64,000 nucleotides of DNA from an uncultured Actinomycetes bacterium (GTDB lineage Bacteria; Actinomycetota; Thermoleophilia; Gaiellales; Gaiellaceae). Position numbers and translations under genes: made by a program. Position 1 is the first letter of the stretch. Each line of letters begins with the position of its first letter. The notes beneath the pieces were generated by a model. That model was not told where the DNA came from and did no database searches. It was given only the letters and a program-made list of their open reading frames with translations. Shown here in pieces: positions 1 through 10,154 of the stretch. The stretch lies in the NCBI GenBank assembly GCA_963755605.1, contig CAVWKK010000008.1:551225-615224 (forward strand). Direction: 5' to 3'.

Positions 1-691
1 ACAGGACGTAGACGTCGCCGCTCGGAACGTCGTCGAAAAAGCTCCCCGGCACGAAACGGATGCGGTCGCCCAGGCTCGTCTCGTCCACGGTGGTCTCCGG
101 CAGATCGAAGACGATGCCCCGGAGCCCGGGCTGACGCTCGAGCAGCGCGCGCAAGACGGCGCCGTTGCCGCCGCCGAGGTCGACCACTGTCTCGTCGCCG
201 CGCCACTCGAGGGCGGCGAGACGTTCCGCGCTCCGTTCCTTGCCGCCTGCCATCGCGGCGTCGAACGCCGTTCGCTCCTCCGGGTTCTGCGCCAGCCAGG
301 ACCAGAAGTCGGTCTCGAAGGCGCGCGCGAACGTTCCTGCATTCGTGCGCGGATCGAGCTCGGCGAGAGCCTTGGCAAAGACGCCGCCGAAGAGATGCGA
401 GAACTCGGGCCACGCACCGGGCGCGCCGCTGCAAAGCAGTTGCGAAGCTTCGGTGTGACGGAACACGCCGGGCTCGTCTTCCGCGAACACTCCGTCACTC
501 GCAAGGGCCCGCAAGATGCGGTGGAGCGTGTCGCGATCGGCACCGACCTCCGCCGCGAGCTCGGCGACCGGGCGCGGTCCGCCTGCCAGGGCGTCCGCGA
601 CGCCGAGGTCCGCGGCGATGCCCAACGCCTTCGTCGTCATCACGCCACGCATGAGGTTCCAGAGCCGCGCCTCGGGAGGAAGCTCGGTCAT
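1..691 (-). CDS. Class I SAM-dependent O-methyltransferase (COMT/Methyltransf_2-like); C-terminus cut by the window edge
   Basis: Reverse translation from ATG 691..689 gives MTELPPEARLWNLMRGVMTTKALGIAADLGVADALAGGPRPVAELAAEV (dimerisation/wHTH region). It continues to VVDLGGGNGAVLRALLERQPGLRGIVFDLPE (SAM-binding Gly motif). It is absent from the ORF track because it runs off the window. The start overlaps the selA stop (ATGA). Confidence 0.8.
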   Translation of the reverse strand, partial: MTELPPEARLWNLMRGVMTTKALGIAADLGVADALAGGPRPVAELAAEVGADRDTLHRILRALASDGVFAEDEPGVFRHTEASQLLCSGAPGAWPEFSHLFGGVFAKALAELDPRTNAGTFARAFETDFWSWLAQNPEERTAFDAAMAGGKERSAERLAALEWRGDETVVDLGGGNGAVLRALLERQPGLRGIVFDLPETTVDETSLGDRIRFVPGSFFDDVPSGDVYVL

Positions 692-1965
692 CTTCGCGCC
701 GACTCGACGCAGGCTGCAGCCTCGTCTGCCTCCGCGTCGGTCAGCGTGCGGCAGTCGAGCAGTGTGCGTCCGTCGCGGACGACCGCGATCACCGGTGGCT
801 CGCCCGCGCGCAGCTTCTCGGCGAGCGCTTCCTCGACCGCACACGCATAGCTCGGCAGCTCCGTCAGCGGCAGTGAGCCGCCGCCCGCGCGAGCCACGGT
901 CTCCTCGACCTCGCCGCCCACGCGTGCCGCCAGCCGCTCAGCTCGCGCGCGCACGGTCTCGACCGGCTCGCGCAGCATCCGCAGCACGGGAATCTCCTGC
1001 GGCGCGTCGAGCGCGAGCGTGAGGGTCCCCTCCAGCGCAGCGAGCGTCAGCTTGTCTGCGCGGAGCGCGCGTTGCAGGGGATGGCGCCGCAGCTTCTCGA
1101 CGAGATCGGCGCGCCCGACGACGATTCCCGCCTGGGGGCCGCCGAGCAGCTTGTCGCCGGAGAACGAGACGAGATCCGCTCCTGCCGCGAGGCTTGCGCG
1201 TGCCGTCGGCTCGTCGCCGATGTCCATGAGCGCACCGGAGCCGAGATCGTCGACCAGCGGGAGTTCGTGACGACGGGCAATGTCTGCAAGCTCTTGCAGC
1301 GACGGTTGCTCCGTGAAGCCGACGACGCGGAAGTTGGACTGGTGAACGCGTAAGAGCACGGCCGTCTCCGGCCCGATCGCCTTCTCGTAGTCGGCCGCCC
1401 GTGTGCGGTTCGTGGTGCCGACCTCGCGCAGGCGCGCGCCGGACCGTTCGAGCACGTCGGGGATCCGAAAGCCGTCGCCGATCTCGATCAGCTCGCCGCG
1501 CGAAACCAGGACTTCACGTCCCTCCGCGAGCGCGGCGAGCGCGAGCATCACCGCGGCCGCGTTGTTGTTGACGACGAGCGCCGCCTCGGCTCCGGTGAGC
1601 CGGCTGACGATATCGGCCACGTGGTCCTGCCGCGATCCGCGTCCCCCCGCCGCCAGGTCGTACTCGAGGTTCGAGTAACCGCGCGCGATCTCGCGAATTC
1701 GCTCGAGCGCTGCTTCGGCGAGCGGCGCCCGTCCGAGATTCGTGTGGACGATCACACCCGTCGCATTGATCACGCGGCGCAACCGTGGCGCACGCGCCCC
1801 TTGCAGCTCTTCCGCGAGCCGCGCGGCGAGATCTCCCGGGTCGTCGCCCCGCCGGATCTCCTCGCGAGCGCGGTCGACGAGCGAGCGGGCAGCCTCGACC
1901 GCGAGCGGATCGTCTCCGTGCGGTCGAACAAGTTCGTCCACCGACGGCAGGTCGCGCAGCCTCAT
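688..1965 (-). CDS. selA: L-seryl-tRNA(Sec) selenium transferase
   Basis: 425-aa ORF with the PLP-lysine block VSFSGDKLLGGPQAGIVVG. It also has the VIVHTNLGRAPL and SNLEYDLAAGGRGSR blocks characteristic of SelA. Confidence 0.9.
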   Translation of the reverse strand: MRLRDLPSVDELVRPHGDDPLAVEAARSLVDRAREEIRRGDDPGDLAARLAEELQGARAPRLRRVINATGVIVHTNLGRAPLAEAALERIREIARGYSNLEYDLAAGGRGSRQDHVADIVSRLTGAEAALVVNNNAAAVMLALAALAEGREVLVSRGELIEIGDGFRIPDVLERSGARLREVGTTNRTRAADYEKAIGPETAVLLRVHQSNFRVVGFTEQPSLQELADIARRHELPLVDDLGSGALMDIGDEPTARASLAAGADLVSFSGDKLLGGPQAGIVVGRADLVEKLRRHPLQRALRADKLTLAALEGTLTLALDAPQEIPVLRMLREPVETVRARAERLAARVGGEVEETVARAGGGSLPLTELPSYACAVEEALAEKLRAGEPPVIAVVRDGRTLLDCRTLTDAEADEAAACVESARR

Positions 1966-1998
1966 GCCCGAAGGCTACTCAGGCGAAGCTGCGGGCGA

Positions 1999-2703
1999 TC
2001 ACTGTGCGTCCGCCTTCACCGGCGCGGCGGGGCTTTCGGCGCAGCGACGCTCGTAGCATTCCTGCACCAGGTGGACGGCCTCGTCCAGATCGTCGGTGAC
2101 GTGCAGGAGCTCGAGGTCGTCCGGGGAGATCATCCCGTCGGCGAGAAGCTCGCCGCGGATCCAGCCGAGCAGCTCGCCGAAGTAATCGGTGCCGACGAGG
2201 ACGACGGGGAAGTGGAAGACCTTGCCGGTCTGGATCAGCGTCAGCGACTCGAACAGCTCGTCGACCGTGCCGAAGCCGCCCGGAAACACGACGAAACCTT
2301 CCGCCGCCTTCACGAACATCGTCTTGCGCGCGTAGAAATGGCGGAAGGTGAGCGAGATGTCGAGATAGGAGTTCGGCGCCTGCTCGTGCGGCAGCTCGAT
2401 GTTGAAGCCGATCGACAGCCCGCCCCCGTCTTTCGCGCCGCGGTTGGCGGCCTCCATCACGCCGGGGCCCCCGCCGGTCACGACGGCCCAGCCGCGCTCG
2501 GCAAAGCGACATGCCAACGACCGCGCGCCTTCGTAGACCGGGTCACCCTCGCGAATGCGCGCCGAGCCGAAGATCGTCACCGCGGGAGGCTCGATCTTGT
2601 CGACCGCTTCGAAGCCCTCGCGAAACTCCTGTGCGATCAGCGCGATGTGCCGTTCCAGATCCTCCGTCTTCTCGTCGGCGGAGAGGATCCGGTTGTCTTC
2701 CAT
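1999..2703 (-). CDS. LOG / TIGR00730 family Rossmann-fold nucleotide-binding protein
   Basis: Uses the internal ATG at 2703 of the 494-aa track ORF (MEDNRILSADEK...). Motifs are VVTGGGPGVMEAANRGA and FPGGFGTVDELFE. The longer N-terminal extension is an out-of-frame shadow over the M50 gene. Confidence 0.85.
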   Translation of the reverse strand: MEDNRILSADEKTEDLERHIALIAQEFREGFEAVDKIEPPAVTIFGSARIREGDPVYEGARSLACRFAERGWAVVTGGGPGVMEAANRGAKDGGGLSIGFNIELPHEQAPNSYLDISLTFRHFYARKTMFVKAAEGFVVFPGGFGTVDELFESLTLIQTGKVFHFPVVLVGTDYFGELLGWIRGELLADGMISPDDLELLHVTDDLDEAVHLVQECYERRCAESPAAPVKADAQ

Positions 2704-3512
2704 CAAAAGTTGCGCGGCACGTGGGTCACGTGCATGCCGAGCACAAGCAGGACCGCGAGCCCGAAGTAGAGGACGCCGACGATTACCCGCTGGTGCGGCT
2801 TGACGCGGTAGTACTCCTGCATCTCCGGATGGCCGCGGAGCTGCCAGCGGCGCCAGAGCTCCGACGCGGAGAAGAGCAGGATGATGATCAGGATCGGGTT
2901 GGGCTTCCAGAAGACGAGCGCGAGCAGCCCGAGGAAGCCGACGAGCCAGAGCGCCGGATGCAGCGCCGCGGTGATGCGCCCACCGTCGAGCGGCACGACC
3001 GGCAGCAGGTTGAAGAGGTTGATGAAGAAGCCGAGGAAGGCGAGCGCCTTCAGCGAGCGCGAGTCGAACGCGACACCGGCCAGGTAGATCGCCAACGCAC
3101 CGGCGGACCCGAGCAGCGGGCCGGCGATCGCGAGCCTCGCTTCGCGCCAGGCGTTGTGCGGCATCTGCTTCATCGTGATCAGCGCGCCCATGAACGGAAT
3201 GAAGAGCGGCGCGGAGACCGGCAGCCCCTGGTGCTTCGCCTCGAAGACGTGTCCCATCTCGTGGACGAACAACAGCACGACGAGGCCGATTCCGAACCAC
3301 CAGCCGCCGAGCCAGACGTAGAACGCGGCCGAGACGAACATCGAGAACAGGAACTTGAACTTGAGCAGGACGACGCCGAACTTCGCGAGGAAGGCGCCCA
3401 CCGCGGCGATCGGCGCCCACGCCTTGCGGAACATCCCGCGCCAATCGGTCCCGCGGGGCTGAATCGGGTCGTACTCGCGCCACTCCTGTGGGTACTGCTC
3501 CATCTCACCCAT
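2703..3512 (-). CDS. Site-2 protease family (M50) membrane metalloprotease
   Basis: HEMGH zinc motif in a hydrophobic segment, second motif FNLLPVVPLDGGR, and multiple TM helices. Its stop shares 1 nt with the LOG start (TGATG). Confidence 0.85.
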   Translation of the reverse strand: MGEMEQYPQEWREYDPIQPRGTDWRGMFRKAWAPIAAVGAFLAKFGVVLLKFKFLFSMFVSAAFYVWLGGWWFGIGLVVLLFVHEMGHVFEAKHQGLPVSAPLFIPFMGALITMKQMPHNAWREARLAIAGPLLGSAGALAIYLAGVAFDSRSLKALAFLGFFINLFNLLPVVPLDGGRITAALHPALWLVGFLGLLALVFWKPNPILIIILLFSASELWRRWQLRGHPEMQEYYRVKPHQRVIVGVLYFGLAVLLVLGMHVTHVPRNF

Positions 3513-3611
3513 TGTGCCTACGGGTATCGGTTCTGCCGTCGCCTTTCAGGAGTCCCGGACACCATCCCGGCGTTAGGCCTCAAACCACGCTTCCTTTTCC
3601 CCGCAGGCGGT

Positions 3612-4598
3612 TCAGAGACCCCTGGGAGTGACCCGGCGGCGCTCGGTGGGATCCAGGGCGTCGCGGAGTCCGTCGCCGACGTAGTAGATGCAGACGATCA
3701 TCAACATCAGGATCAATCCTGGGAAGAACAGGCCCCACCAGTGAAAGAGACCCTCGATATTCGCATCGGACATCACGTTTCCCAGACTTGCCTGAGGTTT
3801 CGGTGCGTACGGGGAGTAGATCGGGATGCCAAAACCAAGGTAGGCAAGTGTCGTCTCGAGGACGATTGCATTTGCCGTCATCACCGTTACGGCGACCGTG
3901 ACCGAGCCGATCGCATTCGGAAGGATGTGACGAACGATGATGCGCAAGTCGGAAGCGCCCACCGCTCGCGCCGCCTCCACGTACTCCCGCTCCCGGAGCG
4001 ACAGGCAGGCGCCTCTCAGAATCCGCGCCATTGGCATCCAGAGGAGGCACGAGAGGAGCAGCGCGACCTTGAACGTCGTTGTGGCGTGCAGATACGCAGC
4101 CGCGACAAGGACGGTGATGAGCGCAGGGAGAGTCAGTAGGAGATCTGTGAAGCGCATCAACGACTCCCCCAGGAGCCCGCCGAAATATCCTGCGCAGACG
4201 CCGATCGTCATTCCGACCAATGTCCCGAGCAAGGCCACCAGCATCGCGACCCGCGCCTCTGTCCCCATCCCGTAGAGGACACGGCTGAAGTAGTCGCGCC
4301 CGAGTTGATCCGTTCCGAATGGGTGCGCCCAGCTGGGTGCCTGGCTCAGAGTGTTTGGATTGATCTCGCCGTATCCGTAGGGCGCGAGGTGACCGGCCAG
4401 CAGCCCCGCCGAGAACAGCGCAACCAACAAGACAAGGCCCGCAAGGGCGAGGCGATGATGGAGGAAGCGGCGGCGTGCCCGCGCCCAGATGCTGCGCGAT
4501 TCCGGGTTGAACGTGTAGGCGTCGTAAAACTCTTCAGGCGCCGCGGCGCCGACGCTGAGTGCGAAGCCCCGACCCGCGGCTGCCCCCTGGCTGCTCAC
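3612..4598 (-). CDS. ABC transporter permease, DppC/OppC type (orphan)
   Basis: 328-aa ORF with a GTG start. It has the EAA-loop-like REREYVEAARAVGASDLRIIVRHILPN and the C-terminal YYVGDGLRDALDP signature. No partner SBP, permease or ATPase gene is adjacent. Confidence 0.8.
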   Translation of the reverse strand: MSSQGAAAGRGFALSVGAAAPEEFYDAYTFNPESRSIWARARRRFLHHRLALAGLVLLVALFSAGLLAGHLAPYGYGEINPNTLSQAPSWAHPFGTDQLGRDYFSRVLYGMGTEARVAMLVALLGTLVGMTIGVCAGYFGGLLGESLMRFTDLLLTLPALITVLVAAAYLHATTTFKVALLLSCLLWMPMARILRGACLSLREREYVEAARAVGASDLRIIVRHILPNAIGSVTVAVTVMTANAIVLETTLAYLGFGIPIYSPYAPKPQASLGNVMSDANIEGLFHWWGLFFPGLILMLMIVCIYYVGDGLRDALDPTERRRVTPRGL

Positions 4599-4655
4599 GC
4601 TCCGTCGAACATAACGCTGTTCGACGAGTTCCGTCTAGTTCGCTTCCCTTTCGCC

Positions 4656-5288
4656 TCAGGAGCCCCTTCCGATCCATTCCTCGCCGCCCTCGTAGAACTC
4701 CTTCTTCCAGAGTGGCACTCGCTCCTTGAGCGTGTCGATCGCCTCCTTGCACGCGGCGAGGGCGTCCTGGCGGTGTGGAGCTGAGACGGCGATCACGACG
4801 CTGGCCTCGCCGATGTCGACGCGACCGGTTCGATGGTGGATCGCGATCTCGCAGAGCTCGTGGCGTTCCTTGAGCTCGGCGGCGATCTCCGCCATCACCT
4901 TCTCGGCCATCTCCTCGTAGGCCTCGTAGTCGAGGTGCAGAACCGAACGTCCTCGCGACTGCTGCCGGGTCGTTCCGACGAACGTGGCGATCGCGCCGGC
5001 GCTGTCGCTGCGCACCTCCGCGACGACGGCGTCGAGCGACAGCGGCTCCGCGCTCAGACGGAAGGCGCCGCCCGAAACGGGCGGGATCACGGCGACCTCG
5101 TCGCCGTCTGCCAGCGGCCGGTCGCGCTCTGCATATTCCTTGTTCACGGCGTACAAGAGACCCGGCGGCTCCTCGCCGAGATCGAGCGTCGGCCAGACGT
5201 CGGCCACGCGCTCGAGGTCCTCCACTTCGCGCTCACTCCAGCCGGCACGCTCCCGAAGCCCTGCAAACAGGCGTACACGCACGGCCAC
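4656..5288 (-). CDS. Fused molybdopterin synthase MoaD-MoaE (MoaX-like)
   Basis: The N-terminal ~80 aa are ubiquitin-like and end in DEVAVIPPVSGG (MoaD C-terminal GG). A MoaE domain follows directly (GAIATFVGTTR..., PLWKKEFY). Confidence 0.85.
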   Translation of the reverse strand: MAVRVRLFAGLRERAGWSEREVEDLERVADVWPTLDLGEEPPGLLYAVNKEYAERDRPLADGDEVAVIPPVSGGAFRLSAEPLSLDAVVAEVRSDSAGAIATFVGTTRQQSRGRSVLHLDYEAYEEMAEKVMAEIAAELKERHELCEIAIHHRTGRVDIGEASVVIAVSAPHRQDALAACKEAIDTLKERVPLWKKEFYEGGEEWIGRGS

Positions 5289-5402
5289 GAGGCTCAGGTT
5301 AACCCGATGGGTGCTACCTTGTGCCGGTAATCAGGACGAGTAACCGGTAGTGCTTTCCAGCCTTCCTTTACTTGTTCGACATCAGAGTAAGGGAGGAACT
5401 AC

Positions 5403-5606
5403 GTGGCAACCGGAACCGTCAAATGGTTCAACGATGCCAAGGGATACGGATTCATCGCCCCCGAGGACGGCGGCAAGGATCTCTTCGTGCACCACTCGAA
5501 CATCGCCGGTGACGGCTTCAAGTCGCTCACCGAAGGCGCCAAGGTCGAATACGAGTCGCGCGAGGGCCAGAAGGGCCCCGAGGCGATCAACGTCACTCCT
5601 CAGTAG
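5403..5606 (+). CDS. cspA: Cold-shock protein (CSD)
   Basis: [34 protein letters not shown] carries the RNP1/RNP2 motifs. The start is GTG, with a strong SD (AAGGGAGG) about 7 nt upstream and a long 5' UTR. Confidence 0.95.
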   Translation: MATGTVKWFNDAKGYGFIAPEDGGKDLFVHHSNIAGDGFKSLTEGAKVEYESREGQKGPEAINVTPQ

Positions 5607-5639
5607 TCAGGACTCGTAGTCGCCGAGAAGGAACAGAAG

Positions 5640-5840
5640 ATCGAGCTCGACGGCGAGGTCGTCGAGGCTTTGCGCAACGGGTATTTCCGGATCGCGCTCG
5701 AAGGTGGGCACGAAACGCTCGGATACACGGCGGGGAAGATGCGGCGCTATCGCATCCGGATCTTCCCCGGCGACCGGGTGAAGATCGAGCTCTCGCCGTA
5801 CGACCTCAACCGCGGCAGGATCGTCTACCGCTACAAGTAG
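5640..5840 (+). CDS. infA: Translation initiation factor IF-1-like protein (S1/OB fold); start codon unresolved
   Basis: The frame reads (SGLVV)[72 protein letters not shown]. There is no ATG, GTG or TTG before the conserved N-terminus. I placed the start at ATC 5640, which has AAGGA 7 nt upstream. The coding frame is open from 5607. Confidence 0.6.
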   Translation: MELDGEVVEALRNGYFRIALEGGHETLGYTAGKMRRYRIRIFPGDRVKIELSPYDLNRGRIVYRYK

Positions 5841-5884
5841 CCGCCGCTCGGCCAAGTGGCTGCAGCCCGCATACGATTGCGGGC

Positions 5885-7465
<1,581 letters not shown>

Positions 7466-7471
7466 AGAGGC

Positions 7472-8257
7472 TTACGCCGACGCGCCGGAGTAGTTGCGCA
7501 GGCCGAGACGCCAGAACCAACGGGTGAACGCGAACAACGCGCCGGCGAAGGCGACCGAAAGGAGGAGCGTCGGCCAGTGCAGCCTCGACGTCAGCGCTTC
7601 CGCCGGAACGGTGACGGCGAAAGCGACCGGTACGAGAAACGTGACGCTGTAGCGAAGCCAGCCTGGATAGACGCCGACCGGCCAGCGGCCCGTCTGGTAG
7701 ATCCCCTCGAACAGTTCCAGCACGTGCTCCATCCGGACGACCCAAAACGCGCCGATCGTCAGGATCAGCCAGAAGCAGTACACGAGGATTCCGCCGATCG
7801 CGAGCGCGAAGGCGAAGACAATCGCGTCGCCGATCCCGATGGAGGTCTCCACTCCCGTCAGGCCCACGATCAGGAGCACGAGCCCGGAGATCACCTCGAC
7901 GATCTGCCAGATCCGGACCTGCCGGACGCTGATCAGAACCTGGGCGTCCTCTGGCTTGGTGAGCGCATAGTCGAGCGTCCCCTGCTGCACGTCCTGCATC
8001 AGCAGCTCCATGTTCGGCTGGATGAAGGTGTGGATGAAACCGCCGAGCAGGATCTGGACGCCGAGCAGCGCAAGCAGCTCCGACTCCTTCCAGCCGTTCA
8101 GCTCACTCGTGTGCGAGTACACGAGCGAGAGCATCACCAGCCCGGTTCCGACCTGGATCAGCGACTGGAAGAGCTGCACGAAGAAGTTGACGCGGTACTG
8201 CAGCTCGTTCATCACGCCGACCTTGAAGAAGAGCCACGCGACCCGAATCGTGTTCAT
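7472..8257 (-). CDS. ABC-2 type transporter permease
   Basis: Uses the internal ATG 8257 (MNTIRVAWLFFKVGVMNELQYRVNFF...). It has six hydrophobic segments. The start forms an ATGA overlap with the stop of the upstream permease. The long track ORF extension is shadow. Confidence 0.8.
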   Translation of the reverse strand: MNTIRVAWLFFKVGVMNELQYRVNFFVQLFQSLIQVGTGLVMLSLVYSHTSELNGWKESELLALLGVQILLGGFIHTFIQPNMELLMQDVQQGTLDYALTKPEDAQVLISVRQVRIWQIVEVISGLVLLIVGLTGVETSIGIGDAIVFAFALAIGGILVYCFWLILTIGAFWVVRMEHVLELFEGIYQTGRWPVGVYPGWLRYSVTFLVPVAFAVTVPAEALTSRLHWPTLLLSVAFAGALFAFTRWFWRLGLRNYSGASA

Positions 8258-9099
8258 GCGCCCACCGCCGAGAAGCGCTTGATCGCCGCGCGCCACGCGA
8301 ACGTGAACAGCACGTAGCCGATCGCGGTCCACATCACCTGCTGTGCGAGCCCGAGCAACAGCGACTGGGTCCCGAGGTTGCCGACCAGGGACTCGATCGG
8401 GAAGCCGAACGTCGACTTGAACGGGAGGAAGTTCGCCAGCGTCTGCACCCAACCCGGCATCAGCTTCAACGGCACGAGCCGGCCGGACAGGAGCATCTCG
8501 GTCGCCATGTAGAGGTCGAAGACGGCGGCTCCCCGGGTCGTCCAGAAGTTCAGCATCCCGATCGTCGCCTGGAACATGCTGCGTACGAAATAGGCACCCC
8601 AGATCGCGGCGATGAAGACCACGATCTCGAGCCACGACGGGTGGAGATCCGGGTGGAAGACGGCGGAGAGCCCGATCGCGATCGGGATCCACAGCGCGAC
8701 GACCACGAACTTCCAGCCGGCGAAGAACGCAAGGTCGTAGTGCAGGATGTTCAGCGGACGGAGCAGGTCACCCGCGAGGCGGCCTTCGCGGATGCGGAAC
8801 TCCCAGAACGGGGCGCCGAAGACGATGTTCATGTTCCGGACGAGCGTCCAGACGATGTAGTACGCCGCGAACTGGCCGGCGGTGATCCCGTTCACGGCGC
8901 CGCCGTGCTGGCGCGCGATCGTCGACCAGACGACGAGATAGATCACCGGCTCGGCGACCATCCCGAGCATGTAGAAGTACTGGGCGACGCGGTACTGCAG
9001 CTGCGAGACGACCGAGGTCCGCATCATCGTCCCGTAGAAGTCGACGAGCGAGCGGAGTCGTCCTTCCTCGGGAAGCGCTGTGTCGGCGTGCGTGCTCAC
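8254..9099 (-). CDS. ABC-2 type transporter permease
   Basis: Multi-TM protein (...MMRTSVVSQLQYRVAQYFYMLG...). I chose GTG 9099 because it forms a GTGA overlap with the ATPase stop. An alternative ATG lies about 70 nt downstream. Confidence 0.75.
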   Translation of the reverse strand: MSTHADTALPEEGRLRSLVDFYGTMMRTSVVSQLQYRVAQYFYMLGMVAEPVIYLVVWSTIARQHGGAVNGITAGQFAAYYIVWTLVRNMNIVFGAPFWEFRIREGRLAGDLLRPLNILHYDLAFFAGWKFVVVALWIPIAIGLSAVFHPDLHPSWLEIVVFIAAIWGAYFVRSMFQATIGMLNFWTTRGAAVFDLYMATEMLLSGRLVPLKLMPGWVQTLANFLPFKSTFGFPIESLVGNLGTQSLLLGLAQQVMWTAIGYVLFTFAWRAAIKRFSAVGA

Positions 9100-10073
9100 T
9101 GCGTTTGTGCGAAGACCAGCTCGATCACGTCCTCGATCGGCGGCTCTTCGATCGTGAGGTCGAGCACGTCGTGGTCCGACAGCAAGCGGCCGGCGACGCG
9201 CGAGGTGTCGGCCTTGGGCACCCGCAGCGTCGCGCGGTCGCCGTCGCGATGGATCACCTCGCCGTAGCCTTCGAGCAGCGCGTTCTCGTCCTGCAGCACC
9301 ACGCCGATCGTCTTGTACGCAGCAAACTCGTTCCCCAGGCTCGAAAGCGCGCCGTCGAACAGGATCCTGCCGTGGTGGATCACGATCACGCGCTTGCACA
9401 GCGCTTCGACGTCGGCCATGTAGTGGCTCGTGAGCAAGACGGTTGCGCCGTGGCGCTGGTTGTACTCGGCCACGAACGTGCGGATGCGCTTCTGCATCGT
9501 CACGTCGAGGCCGATCGTCGGCTCGTCGAGGAAGAGCACCTGCGGGCGATGCAGGAGCGACCCGACGATCTCGACCTTCATCCGCTCTCCGAGCGAGAGG
9601 TTGCGTACCGGCTTGCGGACGAGATCGCCGACGTCGAGCAGCTCGACGAGCTCGTCGCGCATCGCGAGGTAGTCCTCGCGCCGCAGCCGGTAGATGGCGC
9701 GGTAGAGCTCGTAGGAGTCGAGCGCGGGGATGTCCCACTGCAGCTGGTTGCGGTTTCCCATCACCATCGTCATCCGGCGCAGATAGTCCTTCTCGCGCCG
9801 CGACGGGACGTGCCCGAGCACGCGGGCCTCGCCGCTCGTGGGATACAGCAGTCCCGACAGCATCTTCAGCGTCGTGGTCTTGCCGGCCCCGTTCGGGCCG
9901 AGGAAGCCGACGACCTCGCCGGGCTCGATGTCGAACGAGATCGCCTCGACGGCGTGCACCTCGCGGGTCTGGCGGCGAACGAGGCTCTTCGCGGCCGCAC
10001 GAAGGCCGGGCTCCCGCTCGGGCACCTTGAAGATCTTCGTAAGCTCGCTGACGTGGACGACTGGATCAGACAA
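9096..10073 (-). CDS. ABC transporter ATP-binding protein (ABC-2 exporter)
   Basis: Walker A GPNGAGKTT, signature LSLGERMK, Walker B LFLDEPTIGLD and H-loop TSHYM. Confidence 0.92.
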   Translation of the reverse strand: MSDPVVHVSELTKIFKVPEREPGLRAAAKSLVRRQTREVHAVEAISFDIEPGEVVGFLGPNGAGKTTTLKMLSGLLYPTSGEARVLGHVPSRREKDYLRRMTMVMGNRNQLQWDIPALDSYELYRAIYRLRREDYLAMRDELVELLDVGDLVRKPVRNLSLGERMKVEIVGSLLHRPQVLFLDEPTIGLDVTMQKRIRTFVAEYNQRHGATVLLTSHYMADVEALCKRVIVIHHGRILFDGALSSLGNEFAAYKTIGVVLQDENALLEGYGEVIHRDGDRATLRVPKADTSRVAGRLLSDHDVLDLTIEEPPIEDVIELVFAQTQ

Positions 10074-10154
10074 CGGGTCGGAACCTCCCTGGAAGGACTA
10101 CGAAGCTGCGGGCCGGCTCAACGACGGGTCACACGGCGGGGAGTATAGGGGCCG

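Noticed and set aside
1999-3483. Long N-terminal extensions of track ORFs (also 7472..8692, 8254..9738, 13279..15564, 14631..16163, 19214..21199, 21422..22498, 22517..24220, 33350..35197, 55854..57569)
   Set aside because: The extensions overlap the neighbouring gene out of frame and are Arg/Pro-rich. Internal starts coincide with homologous N-termini and with 1- or 4-nt start/stop overlaps.
2511-4139. 542-aa plus-strand ORF
   Set aside because: It runs antisense across the LOG, M50 and permease genes. The translation is low-complexity and Arg/Asp/Glu-rich with no motifs.
5607-5855. 82-aa minus-strand ORF listed in the track
   Set aside because: It is the exact antisense shadow of a plus-strand frame that encodes a recognisable IF-1 sequence. 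Its own translation has no recognisable features.
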